Positions 45,001-59,500 of a DNA stretch of 64,000 nt are shown here, one piece after another (the stretch's first letter is position 1; the number at the start of each line of letters is the position of its first letter). The translations under genes were made by a program, and so were the position numbers. The notes below the pieces were generated by a model. The model made no database searches, was not told the DNA's origin, and saw nothing but the letters and a program-made list of their open reading frames with translations. The stretch is taken from positions 124,001 to 188,000 of the forward strand of contig CBFFSA010000009.1 in assembly GCA_965644495.1 (NCBI GenBank), read 5' to 3'. The DNA is from Perkinsela sp. CCAP 1560/9 (Eukaryota > Protista > Euglenozoa: Kinetoplastea).

Positions 45001-48000
45001 CGGACTCAGTCCGAGGCGCTAACGTGTGGGAAACGCAGGATCCTTTGTCGAACGGTACGATACGGAACACAAACGTTCGGAGCGCCTCGAGGCCGAACCC
45101 CAAGGGTATAGATTCACCGGGGTGGCGGTGGAATCCTTCGGGCCCTGGTCGGAGAGCGCGCGGGGAATTCTCCGAGAAGTTGCCGAGCGCCGCTCAGCTG
45201 CCTCGAAGGGCACACTTTCGCGTGGAAAGGCCTTCCAACGCCTCCTCACGGAAGTGAACGTGACCCTTATGCGAGCCCAAGCGCACATGTTGGTACTCCG
45301 GATGCCCGCAGAAAACCTGCGTCTTTCGTTGCGCATGAAAGGGCGCGTAAAGTGTGGAAGTAAGTTGTTGTTGTTGTTGCTAAAGCTGTGAAGTTAAAAT
45401 AAAAAAACCTTCCCATATAACAAGGGAAGGGTTCACAAGTCAGGCCGAGGAGTGGTCGAAAGACCCGGTCCGGAACGAGCGAATGGATTGGGAATGAATT
45501 GCTTCTTTTTATTATTATTGTTATCAAAATCATAAATAACTTAAGGCAGGTTGAATTAATAGTTTTGGGCTACAACATGTGAAATTGCCAATTTGATTGC
45601 TTGTTCAATCATATACCCCCCCCAATGGACCTACTTGGTTCGTCTCTGGGTAAAAATATAGAGGCAATGCCGCGTTTTATACTTCTCCCCCCCCATTTAT
45701 TGCAAAAAAAAAAACAACGATAAAGATGCAGTTTCTGTGCCTTGTTGAATTATTTCTCTTTCCCTTCCTATTGACTTTACATATGAATGACCCTCGATGA
45801 ATGACCCTCGATCAGGTGGGAAGTTCTGGTTTTGCCACTGTGGCACACGTTTTGTCCCACATAACCGCGCCCACCGATTTTGCGCGAAATGCTCGCCCAA
45901 TTTCTCACAACCCCCATTACATCCCACCATTCGCTCGTACCCTTCCGTCCAGCCACGCGCGGCGACGAACCCTCCAAGCCCACACAGCACTCACCAAAAA
46001 TCATGTGATGCTTGCTCCTCCCCGTTCTTTCCCGCTAGGCCTTACTTTCGGTGGTGTGAGTCCTTCGCACTGTCTTGTTCAAACACTTCCCAGGGTCTCA
46101 CCAAACCCTGCGAAGTGTGTTCATCCCCTTTCAGCCCTAAACGTCCCTATTTCAATCGCTGTGATGCGTGCGACTTCGAATCCCCTCATGCCCCACGAGA
46201 TCACACCGGAACTCCGTCCTCGAAGCCTCCCCGATTTATGGGAACTTCAGAGCTCCCCTCACGCCCTCCTGCCAGAACTGCAACTTACTTCGCTTCACAC
46301 ACCGAACGGCCGAAGAAAACATTCGTCCAAGCACTAAAGGGAGTAACGCGCAGTAACTTCCCCTTCTCCTCTAACGAAAGCGAAACCACTACGGGGAAGA
46401 CGAAACACATTCTTTCATTGGAGGAACGCTTTTCCCTGTTTGAGAAGCTAAATAAAGAATCACATTCCACTCTAAAGAGAAGCCTGAAAACGGTTTCATA
46501 GCGGACATAGAGTACGAGATCCGTTCAACAGAAAAAGATCTCTCATTCGTTCAATTAGTCGCCCAGGAGCTCGTCTCCAGACACAATCTCTTTCTCGAAA
46601 ACCTTAACGCAAGACGCGAGTGGCATCTCGCTCTTGCCCGAAAGCTCTCCATTACAGAGAAGAAGGGACACGTTTGCAACACCTGTTCAAAGCAACTGAT
46701 GGATGCCGACCAACTGAGTGAGCACAAGAAAGTACACCTTGAACACGACATCAAGGTTGCGTTTCGCAAAGCTATGGACGCCAAAAGAAGTATCCTGTTA
46801 GAGGAAAGCTCCGAGATTGTAGAGAAAGTAAGAGACCTTCCACCGAGAACTTCAAGCCCTCTCAAGAACGCCGTCTGCTAACTCGCCTTTTATGCAAAAG
46901 GCCGAGAGAAACATGAAGGAAACTGAATTGGAGGACTGGATCAGCCCGGGCTGGGATGAAGATCTAGATGAAGACAGCACCGTCGACGTTACAATTCGTC
47001 TCCTTCTTTGCCCATCGCCTTGGGAAAATCTCACCTTCCCAGTTGTTCCGTCTCACGCCCATCTGGATTCAGTTAGAGACAAGATCGCGCTCTGTTTGGG
47101 GCTCCGCAGTGAGCTCGTGACACTCGTTGCTTCAGCAACCGGGGCCACTATGGATCTAACCGAGAAGCTCAGCAACATATCGCCCCTAGTTACTTTAGGC
47201 ACTGCTCTTCGGGTACCTTATAACGCCGCAAAGCCGTCAAAAAACAGAGTCCTCATTTACGGATACCCGACAGGTGAGACGCAGATCACTGTCCCCTCCA
47301 GCGTGCCTACTAACAAATTATCGGTTGCTATATGTTCACATTTAGGTATCGACCCAGAATTCGCCCCTGCGTGGTGCGAAGTGCCCTCCCCCTCAGGACC
47401 GCTCTGTTGTTTCACGCCCAGCGAGAAGTTTATAGCGAACTCAGGGTGGAGCAAGACCCAGGTAGATATCGGTCTTTTACGAGGGGGATTGGAGTGGAAC
47501 CGAGGCCCCCCCCGCGTATTGCAAAACCTCACCTCGCCTGCCATAGAGCTAGAGGCCAGCACCGGGTGGACCCAAGCGAGCGTAAAAAACGAACTTGTGC
47601 GAGGCGGAGTGGAACAGAATCCGGGACCCGATACCCCGCACTCTGCACAACGATCCAATCCAAAAAAATCCAAATCATTCCGGATTGCTCCGGATGGTCA
47701 CTGGCGAGCCAGACCCTTCACAGACAGATTTGGAAGTTCCGAGGCCGACGTCCTCTACCAGTTTCCGCTTGTCCAAGGCGACACCAACGTGCTGTTTCCA
47801 ACACGCTGCGTCAACGAACAGCACGTCAACACGGCTTACCCAAGAGGTGTAAGCCGGGTAAGGGAGCTGGTTCCCTGAGGGGACGGTCATCCGAGTACTG
47901 GGCCTAGTCGGGTATCAGCCCAGCCTCTTAGAGTGAGGCCGCCAGGAATATTGCGATGAGCGGGTTTGAACTCGCCGTTTGAGCACCATGTGCTTCAAAC

Positions 48001-51000
48001 TTTGAGTTCTTGCCACTCCGCCACCTCCACCCTGCACGACGATCGCGTCTTCTCCATTCCAATAATCTCTCCGAAATCACACTTCCCCTCTTCATGCCCA
48101 CAGAATCTCGTGTTTGTCCAGCGGAAGGATGCACTTGGAGTACAACGTCCCATGGAGGGCATTGGCAGGCCTTCTATAATCACGACACGGTGACGCGGTT
48201 TCCGCACAGTGGTGGGGTGAACAAGGTCGCTTCCTCTGCAGGCCATGTAGAAAAAATTACGATATTTCAAAGCAGACCTCACACCTTGAGAGTGTAAATT
48301 CCGAAATCACGCCTCCCCTCACCCCACTGACCCCTCCCAGTCGCCCAGCTCAACTCCAGTTCTACCCCTTAATCTCTCGGGGGTAGTGTGAAACAACGAC
48401 CCACCTCTGCCGCCCTTACCTATCGTATGTGCCATCCCAATTTCGACATGCAAACAAATCCAATACCGATGCCGTCAACTTTGGGCGTCGGCTCTCTCCG
48501 AGGCGATGGCTGCGGCGGGGAAGGAAAACACTACTTGCGCTTGGACCCTCCTAGCGATGCTCCCGAAGTTCGTCCTCCATGCCCCTTATCGTGGGGGCCG
48601 CAAAGGGCACACTTCGTACGCCAACCACGTTCTCAAGTGCCTAGAGCGTTGGCAAGCGCGCGAGTACGCTTCCCTATGGTATGATGCAATTTCCTCCTTC
48701 AATAACAAGCAACATAGTTCTCCGAAAACCTCTCACAACGACGAGAAGCGAGCAGCCATTCGTACAGAGCCCCTCGCACGACAAGGCGAATTTTCTCGGG
48801 GTATGGCAGCCCTTACGGCCTCTCCGATGGCGCCCGAAAGCCCAGAAACCCTCTCAAAACTTCGAAATAAACACCCTTGTCGACTGCCCTGCCCCGCCTT
48901 TTTGACAGAATTCCTCGCCACCGAACCACCCCCAACAAAGTGCCCGCCATTGCAGCTCACGGAACAAGAAACTTCTGCCGCAGTCAAAAGCTTCCACAGA
49001 GGCTCCTCGGGAGGCACGATGGGGTTGTGCCCAGAACACATACAGGAGGCATTCTACGCGAACGTCGACTCGAATGTCAACCCACTCACGGCCCTCGCAA
49101 AGTTAGTCAACCATCTCTTGGCGGGGAAAGCTCCGCTCGAATCCCAAAACCATTTCGCAGGCGCCCGCCTCTGCGCCTTGCAGAAAGGAGAGCAAGACGT
49201 CCGCCCGATTGCTGTCGGTGAAACTCTTCGTCGCCTAGCGAGCAAAGGAGCATGTGCAGCACTCAAACTGCGAGCGCAAGCCATCTTTTGCGGAACACAA
49301 TACGGCTTCGCGGTTCCTGCAGGGTCGGAACGGATGATACACCGTTGCTGACAGACGTTCTCCGCCCACATTGACGACCCAGACTTCGTCTTCTGTAAAG
49401 TCGATCTGGCCAACGCGTTTAACAACGTTTCTCGATCCGTTCTCATTTCCCTGGCACGCGAAAATTTCCCAGAATTATCGGACTGGATTTCGTGGTGTTA
49501 TGAGACAGACAGCTCACTCACCTACGGCCCACACACCGTTCTCTCAGCAGAAGGCGTACAGCAAGGGGGCCCGCTCGGACATCTGCTCTTCTCTCTCGTT
49601 CTTCACTTAATTACGGAAAAAATCGTTTCAGAACTCCCAGAGGACACTTTCTTTCAGTTCTGGTACCTTGATGACGGGGACTTAGCGGGTAGCCAGGCAT
49701 CAGTCCGGAAGGCCCTTGGCAGTCCCCTCTAGCGAGGGGACACAACTTGGTCTTCTCCTTACCAAACAAAAATGTGAGGTAGCCCTCCACCCCGCCTCAG
49801 CGCACAACGCTGCTCTTTTCGCAGACATTCCCCCAGACAAGATAAACATTAATGGTAATTTTGATCTATTAGGAAGCCCGATTGGTTCGGCAAATCACTG
49901 CAGCGCTTTTCAGGACACGAAAGGAAGAGAGAGATACCAGGTTCTTGTCCGAAAGCAAAAGATCCGACTACATGTGATACACGAGCCAAAAAGAAAAGAG
50001 AGCGAGATGGCTCTCTCAAAGCGGGGAAGGGGTCGGAAGCTGGTCCTTTGTCCTCCCATCCAGAGAGCTGGGGTACGCCCTTACCCCTACGGAGTTCCGC
50101 ACCCTGGCACGCTGGTGGCTCGGGGCAGACGTCTAAGACACCCCCCGCCCTTGCCCTAGAGACCAGTGTAAACAACCGCTAGGATCTGATGGCCAGAATG
50201 CCCTAGCATGAAAAAGCGTCTACGGCCTCATCTCCCGGCACAACGCCCTGGTCGAGCACTTCTGCGATGTGTGCGCCAAGGCACACCTCGCCCCGCAACG
50301 AGAGGTCGGTCTAGGCAACCACGGCCCGGGCGGCGGCCCCACCAGACCGGGCCATGTCTTCCTCCCAAACTTTGGCCTAGCTACCGGTTTGGTATTGGAC
50401 TTCTGCGTAACTCACGTTCAGCAACCCACATACATATACGGACTCAGTCCGAGGCGCTAACGTGTGGGAAACGCAGGATCCTTTGTCGAACGGTACGATA
50501 CGGAACACAAACGTTCGGAGCGCCTCGAGGCCGAACCCCAAGGGTATAGATTCACCGGGGTGGCGGTGGAATCCTTCGGGCCCTGGTCGGAGAGCGCGCG
50601 GGGAATTCTCCGAGAAGTTGCCGAGCGCCGCTCAGCTGCCTCGAAGGGCACACTTTCGCGTGGAAAGGCCTTCCAACGCCTCCTCACGGAAGTGAACGTG
50701 ACCCTTATGCGAGCCCAAGCGCACATGTTGGTACTCCGGATGCCCGCAGAAAACCTGCGTCTTTCGTTGCGCATGAAAGGGCGCGTAAAGTGTGGAAGTA
50801 AGTTGTTGTTGTTGTTGCTAAAGCTGTGAAGTTAAAATAAAAAAACCTTCCCATATAACAAGGGAAGGGTTCACAAGTCAGGCCGAGGAGTGGTCGAAAG
50901 ACCCGGTCCGGAACGAGCGAATGGATTGGGAATGAATTGCTTCTTTTTATTATTATTGTTATCAAAATCATAAATAACTTAAGGCAGGTTGAATTAATAG

Positions 51001-54000
51001 TTTTGGGCTACAACATGTGAAATTGCCAATTTGATTGCTTGTTCAATCATATACCCCCCCCAATGGACCTACTTGGTTCGTCTCTGGGTAAAAATATAGA
51101 GGCAATGCCGCGTTTTATACTTCTCCCCCCCCATTTATTGCAAAAAAAAAAACAACGATAAAGATGCAGTTTCTGTGCCTTGTTGAATTATTTCTCTTTC
51201 CCTTCCTATTGACTTTACATATGAATGACCCTCGATGAATGACCCTCGATCAGGTGGGAAGTTCTGGTTTTGCCACTGTGGCACACGTTTTGTCCCACAT
51301 AACCGCGCCCACCGATTTTGCGCGAAATGCTCGCCCAATTTCTCACAACCCCCATTACATCCCACCATTCGCTCGTACCCTTCCGTCCAGCCACGCGCGG
51401 CGACGAACCCTCCAAGCCCACACAGCACTCACCAAAAATCATGTGATGCTTGCTCCTCCCCGTTCTTTCCCGCTAGGCCTTACTTTCGGTGGTGTGAGTC
51501 CTTCGCACTGTCTTGTTCAAACACTTCCCAGGGTCTCACCAAACCCTGCGAAGTGTGTTCATCCCCTTTCAGCCCTAAACGTCCCTATTTCAATCGCTGT
51601 GATGCGTGCGACTTCGAATCCCCTCATGCCCCACGAGATCACACCGGAACTCCGTCCTCGAAGCCTCCCCGATTTATGGGAACTTCAGAGCTCCCCTCAC
51701 GCCCTCCTGCCAGAACTGCAACTTACTTCGCTTCACACACCGAACGGCCGAAGAAAACATTCGTCCAAGCACTAAAGGGAGTAACGCGCAGTAACTTCCC
51801 CTTCTCCTCTAACGAAAGCGAAACCACTACGGGGAAGACGAAACACATTCTTTCATTGGAGGAACGCTTTTCCCTGTTTGAGAAGCTAAATAAAGAATCA
51901 CATTCCACTCTAAAGAGAAGCCTGAAAACGGTTTCATAGCGGACATAGAGTACGAGATCCGTTCAACAGAAAAAGATCTCTCATTCGTTCAATTAGTCGC
52001 CCAGGAGCTCGTCTCCAGACACAATCTCTTTCTCGAAAACCTTAACGCAAGACGCGAGTGGCATCTCGCTCTTGCCCGAAAGCTCTCCATTACAGAGAAG
52101 AAGGGACACGTTTGCAACACCTGTTCAAAGCAACTGATGGATGCCGACCAACTGAGTGAGCACAAGAAAGTACGCCTTGAACACGACATCAAGGTTGCGT
52201 TTCGCAAAGCTATGGACGCCAAAAGAAGTATCCTGTTAGAGGAAAGCTCCGAGATTGTAGAGAAAGTAAGAGACCTTCCACCGGGAACTTCAAGCCCTCT
52301 CAAGAACGCCGTCTGCTAACTCGCCTTTTATGCAAAAGGCCGAGAGAAACATGAAGGAAACTGAATTGGAGGACTGGATCAGCCCGGGCTGGGATGAAGA
52401 TCTAGATGAAGACAGCACCGTCGACGTTACAATTCGTCTCCTTCTTTGCCCATCGCCTTGGGAAAATCTCACCTTCCCAGTTGTTCCGTCTCACGCCCAT
52501 CTGGATTCAGTTAGAGACAAGATCGCGCTCTGTTTGGGGCTCCGCAGTGAGCTCGTGACACTCGTTGCTTCAGCAACCGGGGCCACTATGGATCTAACCG
52601 AGAAGCTCAGCAACATATCGCCCCTAGTTACTTTAGGCACTGCTCTTCGGGTACCTTATAACGCCGCAAAGCCGTCAAAAAACAGAGTCCTCATTTACGG
52701 ATACCCGACAGGTGAGACGCAGATCACTGTCCCCTCCAGCGTGCCTACTAACAAATTATCGGTTGCTATATGTTCACATTTAGGTATCGACCCAGAATTC
52801 GCCCCTGCGTGGTGCGAAGTGCCCTCCCCCTCAGGACCGCTCTGTTGTTTCACGCCCAGCGAGAAGTTTATAGCGAACTCAGGGTGGAGCAAGACCCAGG
52901 TAGATATCGGTCTTTTACGAGGGGGATTGGAGTGGAACCGAGGCCCCCCCCGCGTATTGCAAAACCTCACCTCGCCTGCCATAGAGCTAGAGGCCAGCAC
53001 CGGGTGGACCCAAGCGAGCGTAAAAAACGAACTTGTGCGAGGCGGAGTGGAACAGAATCCGGGACCCGATACCCCGCACTCTGCACAACGATCCAATCCA
53101 AAAAAATCCAAATCATTCCGGATTGCTCCGGATGGTCACTGGCGAGCCAGACCCTTCACAGACAGATTTGGAAGTTCCGAGGCCGACGTCCTCTACCAGT
53201 TTCCGCTTGTCCAAGGCGACACCAACGTGCTGTTTCCAACACGCTGCGTCAACGAACAGCACGTCAACACGGCTTACCCAAGAGGTGTAAGCCGGGTAAG
53301 GGAGCTGGTTCCCTGAGGGGACGGTCATCCGAGTACTGGGCCTAGTCGGGTATCAGCCCAGCCTCTTAGAGTGAGGCCGCCAGGAATATTGCGATGAGCG
53401 GGTTTGAACTCGCCGTTTGAGCACCATGTGCTTCAAACTTTGAGTTCTTGCCACTCCGCCACCTCCACCCTGCACGACGATCGCGTCTTCTCCATTCCAA
53501 TAATCTCTCCGAAATCACACTTCCCCTCTTCATGCCCACAGAATCTCGTGTTTGTCCAGCGGAAGGATGCACTTGGAGTACAACGTCCCATGGAGGGCAT
53601 TGGCAGGCCTTCTATAATCACGACACGGTGACGCGGTTTCCGCACAGTGGTGGGGTGAACAAGGTCGCTTCCTCTGCAGGCCATGTAGAAAAAATTACGA
53701 TATTTCAAAGCAGACCTCACACCTTGAGAGTGTAAATTCCGAAATCACGCCTCCCCTCACCCCACTGACCCCTCCCAGTCGCCCAGCTCAACTCCAGTTC
53801 TACCCCTTAATCTCTCGGGGGTAGTGTGAAACAACGACCCACCTCTGCCGCCCTTACCTATCGTATGTGCCATCCCAATTTCGACATGCAAACAAATCCA
53901 ATACCGATGCCGTCAACTTTGGGCGTCGGCTCTCTCCGAGGCGATGGCTGCGGCGGGGAAGGAAAACACTACTTGCGCTTGGACCCTCCTAGCGATGCTC

Positions 54001-56588
54001 CCGAAGTTCGTCCTCCATGCCCCTTATCGTGGGGGCCGCAAAGGGCACACTTCGTACGCCAACCACGTTCTCAAGTGCCTAGAGCGTTGGCAAGCGCGCG
54101 AGTACGCTTCCCTATGGTATGATGCAATTTCCTCCTTCAATAACAAGCAACATAGTTCTCCGAAAACCCCTCACAACGACGAGAAGCGAGCAGCCATTCG
54201 TACAGAGCTCCTCGCACGACAAGGCGAATTTTCTCGGGGTATGGCAGCCCTTACGGCCTCTCCGATGGCGCCCGAAAGCCCAGAAACCCTCTCAAAACTT
54301 CGAAATAAACACCCTTGTCGACTGCCCTGCCCCGCCTTTTTGACAGAATTCCTCGCCACCGAACCACCCCCAACAAAGTGCCCGCCATTGCAGCTCACGG
54401 AACAAGAAACTTCTGCCGCAGTCAAAAGCTTCCACAGAGGCTCCTCGGGAGGCACGATGGGGTTGTGCCCAGAACACATACAGGAGGCATTCTACGCGAA
54501 CGTCGACTCGAATGTCAACCCACTCACGGCCCTCGCAAAGTTAGTCAACCATTTCTTGGCGGGGAAAGCTCCGCTCGAATCCCAAAACCATTTCGCAGGC
54601 GCCCGCCTCTGCGCCTTGCAGAAAGGAGAGCAAGACGTCCGCCCGATTGCTGTCGGTGAAACTCTTCGTCGCCTAGCGAGCAAAGGAGCATGTGCAGCAC
54701 TCAAACTGCGAGCGCAAGCCATCTTTTGCGGAACACAATACGGCTTCGCGGTTCCTGCAGGGTCGGAACGGATGATACGCCGTTGCTGACAGACGTTCTC
54801 CGCCCACATTGACGACCCAGACTTCGTCTTCTGTAAAGTCGATCTGGCCAACGCGTTTAACAACGTTTCTCGATCCGTTCTCATTTCCCTGACACGCGAA
54901 AATTTCCCAGAATTATCGGACTGGATTTCGTGGTGTTATGAGACAGACAGCTCACTCACCTACGGCCCACACACCGTTCTCTCAGCAGAAGGCGTACAGC
55001 AAGGGGGCCCGCTCGGACATCTGCTCTTCTCTCTCGTTCTTCACTTAATTACGGAAAAAATCGTTTCAGAACTCCCAGAGGACACTTTCTTTCAGTTCTG
55101 GTACCTTGATGACGGGGACTTAGCGGGTAGCCAGGCATCAGTCCGGAAGGCCCTTGGCAGTCCCCTCTAGCGAGGGGACACAACTTGGTCTTCTCCTTAC
55201 CAAACAAAAATGTGAGGTAGCCCTCCACCCCGCCTCAGCGCACAACGCTGCTCTTTTCGCAGACATTCCCCCAGACAAGATAAACATTAATGGTAATTTT
55301 GATCTATTAGGAAGCCCGATTGGTTCGGCAAATCACTGCAGCGCTTTTCAGGACACGAAAGGAAGAGAGAGATACCAGGTTCTTGTCCGAAAGCAAAAGA
55401 TCCGACTACATGTGATACACGAGCCAAAAAGAAAAGAGAGCGAGATGGCTCTCTCAAAGCGGGGAAGGGGTCGGAAGCTGGTCCTTTGTCCTCCCATCCA
55501 GAGAGCTGGGGTACGCCCTTACCCCTACGGAGTTCCGCACCCTGGCACGCTGGTGGCTCGGGGCAGACGTCTAAGACACCCCCCGCCCTTGCCCTAGAGA
55601 CCAGTGTAAACAACCGCTAGGATCTGATGGCCAGCATGCCCTAGCATGAAAAAGCGTCTACGGCCTCATCTCCCGGCACAACGCCCTGGTCGAGCACTTC
55701 TGCGATGTGTGCGCCAAGGCACACCTCGCCCCGCAACGAGAGGTCGGTCTAGGCAACCACGGCCCGGGCGGCGGCCCCACCAGACCGGGCCATGTCTTCC
55801 TCCCAAACTTTGGCCTAGCTACCGGTTTGGTATTGGACTTCTGCGTAACTCACGTTCAGCAACCCACATACATATACGGACTCAGTCCGAGGCGCTAACG
55901 TGTGGGAAACGCAGGATCCTTTGTCGAACGGTACGATACGGAACACAAACGTTCGGAGCGCCTCGAGGCCGAACCCCAAGGGTATAGATTCACCGGGATG
56001 GCGGTGGAATCCTTCGGGCCCTGGTCGGAGAGCGCGCGGGGAATTCTCCGAGAAGTTGCCGAGCGCCGCTCAGCTGCCTCGAAGGGCACACTTTCGCGTG
56101 GAAAGGCCTTCCAACGCCTCCTCACGGAAGTGAACGTGACCCTTATGCGAGCCCAAGCGCACATGTTGGTACTCCGGATGCCCGCAGAAAACCTGCGTCT
56201 TTCGTTGCGCATGAAAGGGCGCGTAAAGTGTGGAAGTAAGTTGTTGTTGTTGTTGCTAAAGCTGTGAAGTTAAAATAAAAAAACCTTCCCATATAACAAG
56301 GGAAGGGTTCACAAGTCAGGCCGAGGAGTGGTCGAAAGACCCGGTCCGGAACGAGCGAATGGATTGGGAATGAATTGCTTCTTTTTATTATTATTGTTAT
56401 CAAAATCATAAATAACTTAAGGCAGGTTGAATTAATAGTTTTGGGCTACAACATGTGAAATTGCCAATTTGATTGCTTGTTCAATCATATACCCCCCCCA
56501 ATGGACCTACTTGGTTCGTCTCTGGGTAAAAATATAGAGGCAATGCCGCGTTTTATACTTCTCCCCCCCCATTTATTGCAAAAAAAAA

Positions 56589-59500
56589 AACAACGATAAA
56601 GATGCAGTTTCTGTGCCTTGTTGAATTATTTCTCTTTCCATTCCTATTGACTTTACATATGAATGACCCTCGATGAATGACCCTCGATCAGGTGGGAAGT
56701 TCTGGTTTTGCCACTGTGGCACACGTTTTGTCCCACATAACCGCGCCCACCGATTTTGCGCGAAATGCTCGCCCAATTTCTCACAACCCCCATTACATCC
56801 CACCATTCGCTCGTACCCTTCCGTCCAGCCACGCGCGGCGACGAACCCTCCAAGCCCACACAGCACTCACCAAAAATCATGTGATGCTTGCTCCTCCCCG
56901 TTCTTTCCCGCTAGGCCTTACTTTCGGTGGTGTGAGTCCTGCGCACTGTCTTGTTCAAACACTTCCCAGGGTCTCACCAAACCCTGCGAAGTGTGTTCAT
57001 CCCCTTTCAGCCCTAAACGTCCCTATTTCAATCGCTGTGATGCGTGCGACTTCGAATCCCCTCATGCCCCACGGGATCACACCGGAACTCCGTCCTCGAA
57101 GCCTCCCCGATTTATGGGAACTTCAGAGCTCCCCTCACGCCCTCCTGCCAGAACTGCAACTTACTTCGCTTCACACACCGAACGGCCGAAGAAAACATTC
57201 GTCCAAGCACTAAAGGGAGTAACGCGCAGTAACTTCCCCTTCTCCTCTAACGAAAGCGAAACCACTACGGGGAAGACGAAACACATTCTTTCATTGGAGG
57301 AACGCTTTTCCCTGTTTGAGAAGCTAAATAAAGAATCACATTCCACTCTAAAGAGAAGCCTGAAAACGGTTTCATAGCGGACATAGAGTACGAGATCCGT
57401 TCAACAGAAAAAGATCTCTCATTCGTTCAATTAGTCGCCCAGGAGCTCGTCTCCAGACACAATCTCTTTCTCGAAAACCTTAACGCAAGACGCGAGTGGC
57501 ATCTCGCTCTTGCCCGAAAGCTCTCCATTACAGAGAAGAAGGGACACGTTTGCAACACCTGTTCAAAGCAACTGATGGATGCCGACCAACTGAGTGAGCA
57601 CAAGAAAGTACACCTTGAACACGACATCAAGGTTGCGTTTCGCAAAGCTATGGACGCCAAAAGAAGTATCCTGTTAGAGGAAAGCTCCGAGATTGTAGAG
57701 AAAGTAAGAGACCTTCCACCGGGAACTTCAAGCCCTCTCAAGAACGCCGTCTGCTAACTCGCCTTTTATGCAAAAGGCCGAGAGAAACATGAAGGAAACT
57801 GAATTGGAGGACTGGATCAGCCCGGCTGGGATGAAGATCTAGATGAAGACAGCACCGTCGACGTTACAATTCGTCTCCTTCTTTGCCCATCGCCTTGGGA
57901 AAATCTCACCTTCCCAGTTGTTCCGTCTCACGCCCATCTGGATTCAGTTAGAGACAAGATCGCGCTCTGTTTGGGGCTCCGCAGTGAGCTCGTGACACTC
58001 GTTGCTTCAGCAACCGGGGCCACTATGGATCTAACCGAGAAGCTCAGCAACATATCGCCCCTAGTTACTTTAGGCACTGCTCTTCGGGTACCTTATAACG
58101 CCGCAAAGCCGTCAAAAAACAGAGTCCTCATTTACGGATACCCGACAGGTGAGACGCAGATCACTGTCCCCTCCAGCGTGCCTACTAACAAATTATCGGT
58201 TGCTATATGTTCACATTTAGGTATCGACCCAGAATTCGCCCCTGCGTGGTGCGAAGTGCCCTCCCCCTCAGGACCGCTCTGTTGTTTCACGCCCAGCGAG
58301 AAGTTTATAGCGAACTCAGGGTGGAGCAAGACCCAGGTAGATATCGGTCTTTTACGAGGGGGATTGGAGTGGAACCGAGGCCCCCCCCGCGTATTGCAAA
58401 ACCTCACCTCGCCTGCCATAGAGCTAGAGGCCAGCACAGGGTGGACCCAAGCGAGCGTAAAAAACGAACTTGTGCGAGGCGGAGTGGAACAGAATCCGGG
58501 ACCCGATACCCCGCACTCTGCACAACGATCCAATCCAAAAAAATCCAAATCATTCCGGATTGCTCCGGATGGTCACTGGCAAGCCAGACCCTTCACAGAC
58601 AGATTTGGAAGTTCCGAGGCCGACGTCCTCTACCAGTTTCCGCTTGTCCAAGGCGACACCAACGTGCTGTTTCCAACACGCTGCGTCAACGAACAGCACG
58701 TCAACACGGCTTACCCAAGAGGTGTAAGCCGGGTAAGGGAGCTGGTTCACTGAGGGGACGGTCATCCGAGTACTGGGCCTAGTCGGGTATCAGCCCAGCC
58801 TCTTAGAGTGAGGCCGCCAGGAAAATTGCGATGAGCGGGTTTGAACTCGCCGTTTGAGCACCATGTGCTTCAAACTTTGAGTTCTTGCTACTCCGCCACC
58901 TCCACCCTGCACGACGATCGCGTCTTCTCCATTCCAATAATCTCTCCGAAATCACACTTCCCCTCTTCATGCCCACAGAATCTCGTGTTTTTCCAGCGGA
59001 AGGATGCACTTGGAGTACAACGTCCCATGGAGGGCATTGGCAGGCCTTCTATAATCACGACACGGTGACGCGGTTTCCGCACAGTGGTGGGGTGAACAAG
59101 GTCGCTTCCTCTGCAGGCCATGTAGAAAAAATTACGATATTTCAAAACAGATCTCACACCTTGAGAGTGTAAATTCCGAAATCACGCCTCCCCTCACCCC
59201 ACTGACCCCTCCCAGTCGCCCAGCTCAACTCCAGTTCTACCCCTTAATCTCTCGGGGGTAGTGTGAAACAACGACCCACCTCTGCCGCCCTTACCTATCG
59301 TATGTGCCATCCCAATTTCGACATGCAAACAAATCCAATACCGATGCCGTCAACTTTGGGCGTCGGCTCTCTCCGAGGCGATGGCTGCGGCGGGGAAGGA
59401 AAACACTACTTGCGCTTGGACCCTCCTAGCGATGCTCCCGAAGTTCGTCCTCCATGCCCCTTATCGTGGGGGCCGCAAAGGGCACACTTCGTACGCCAAC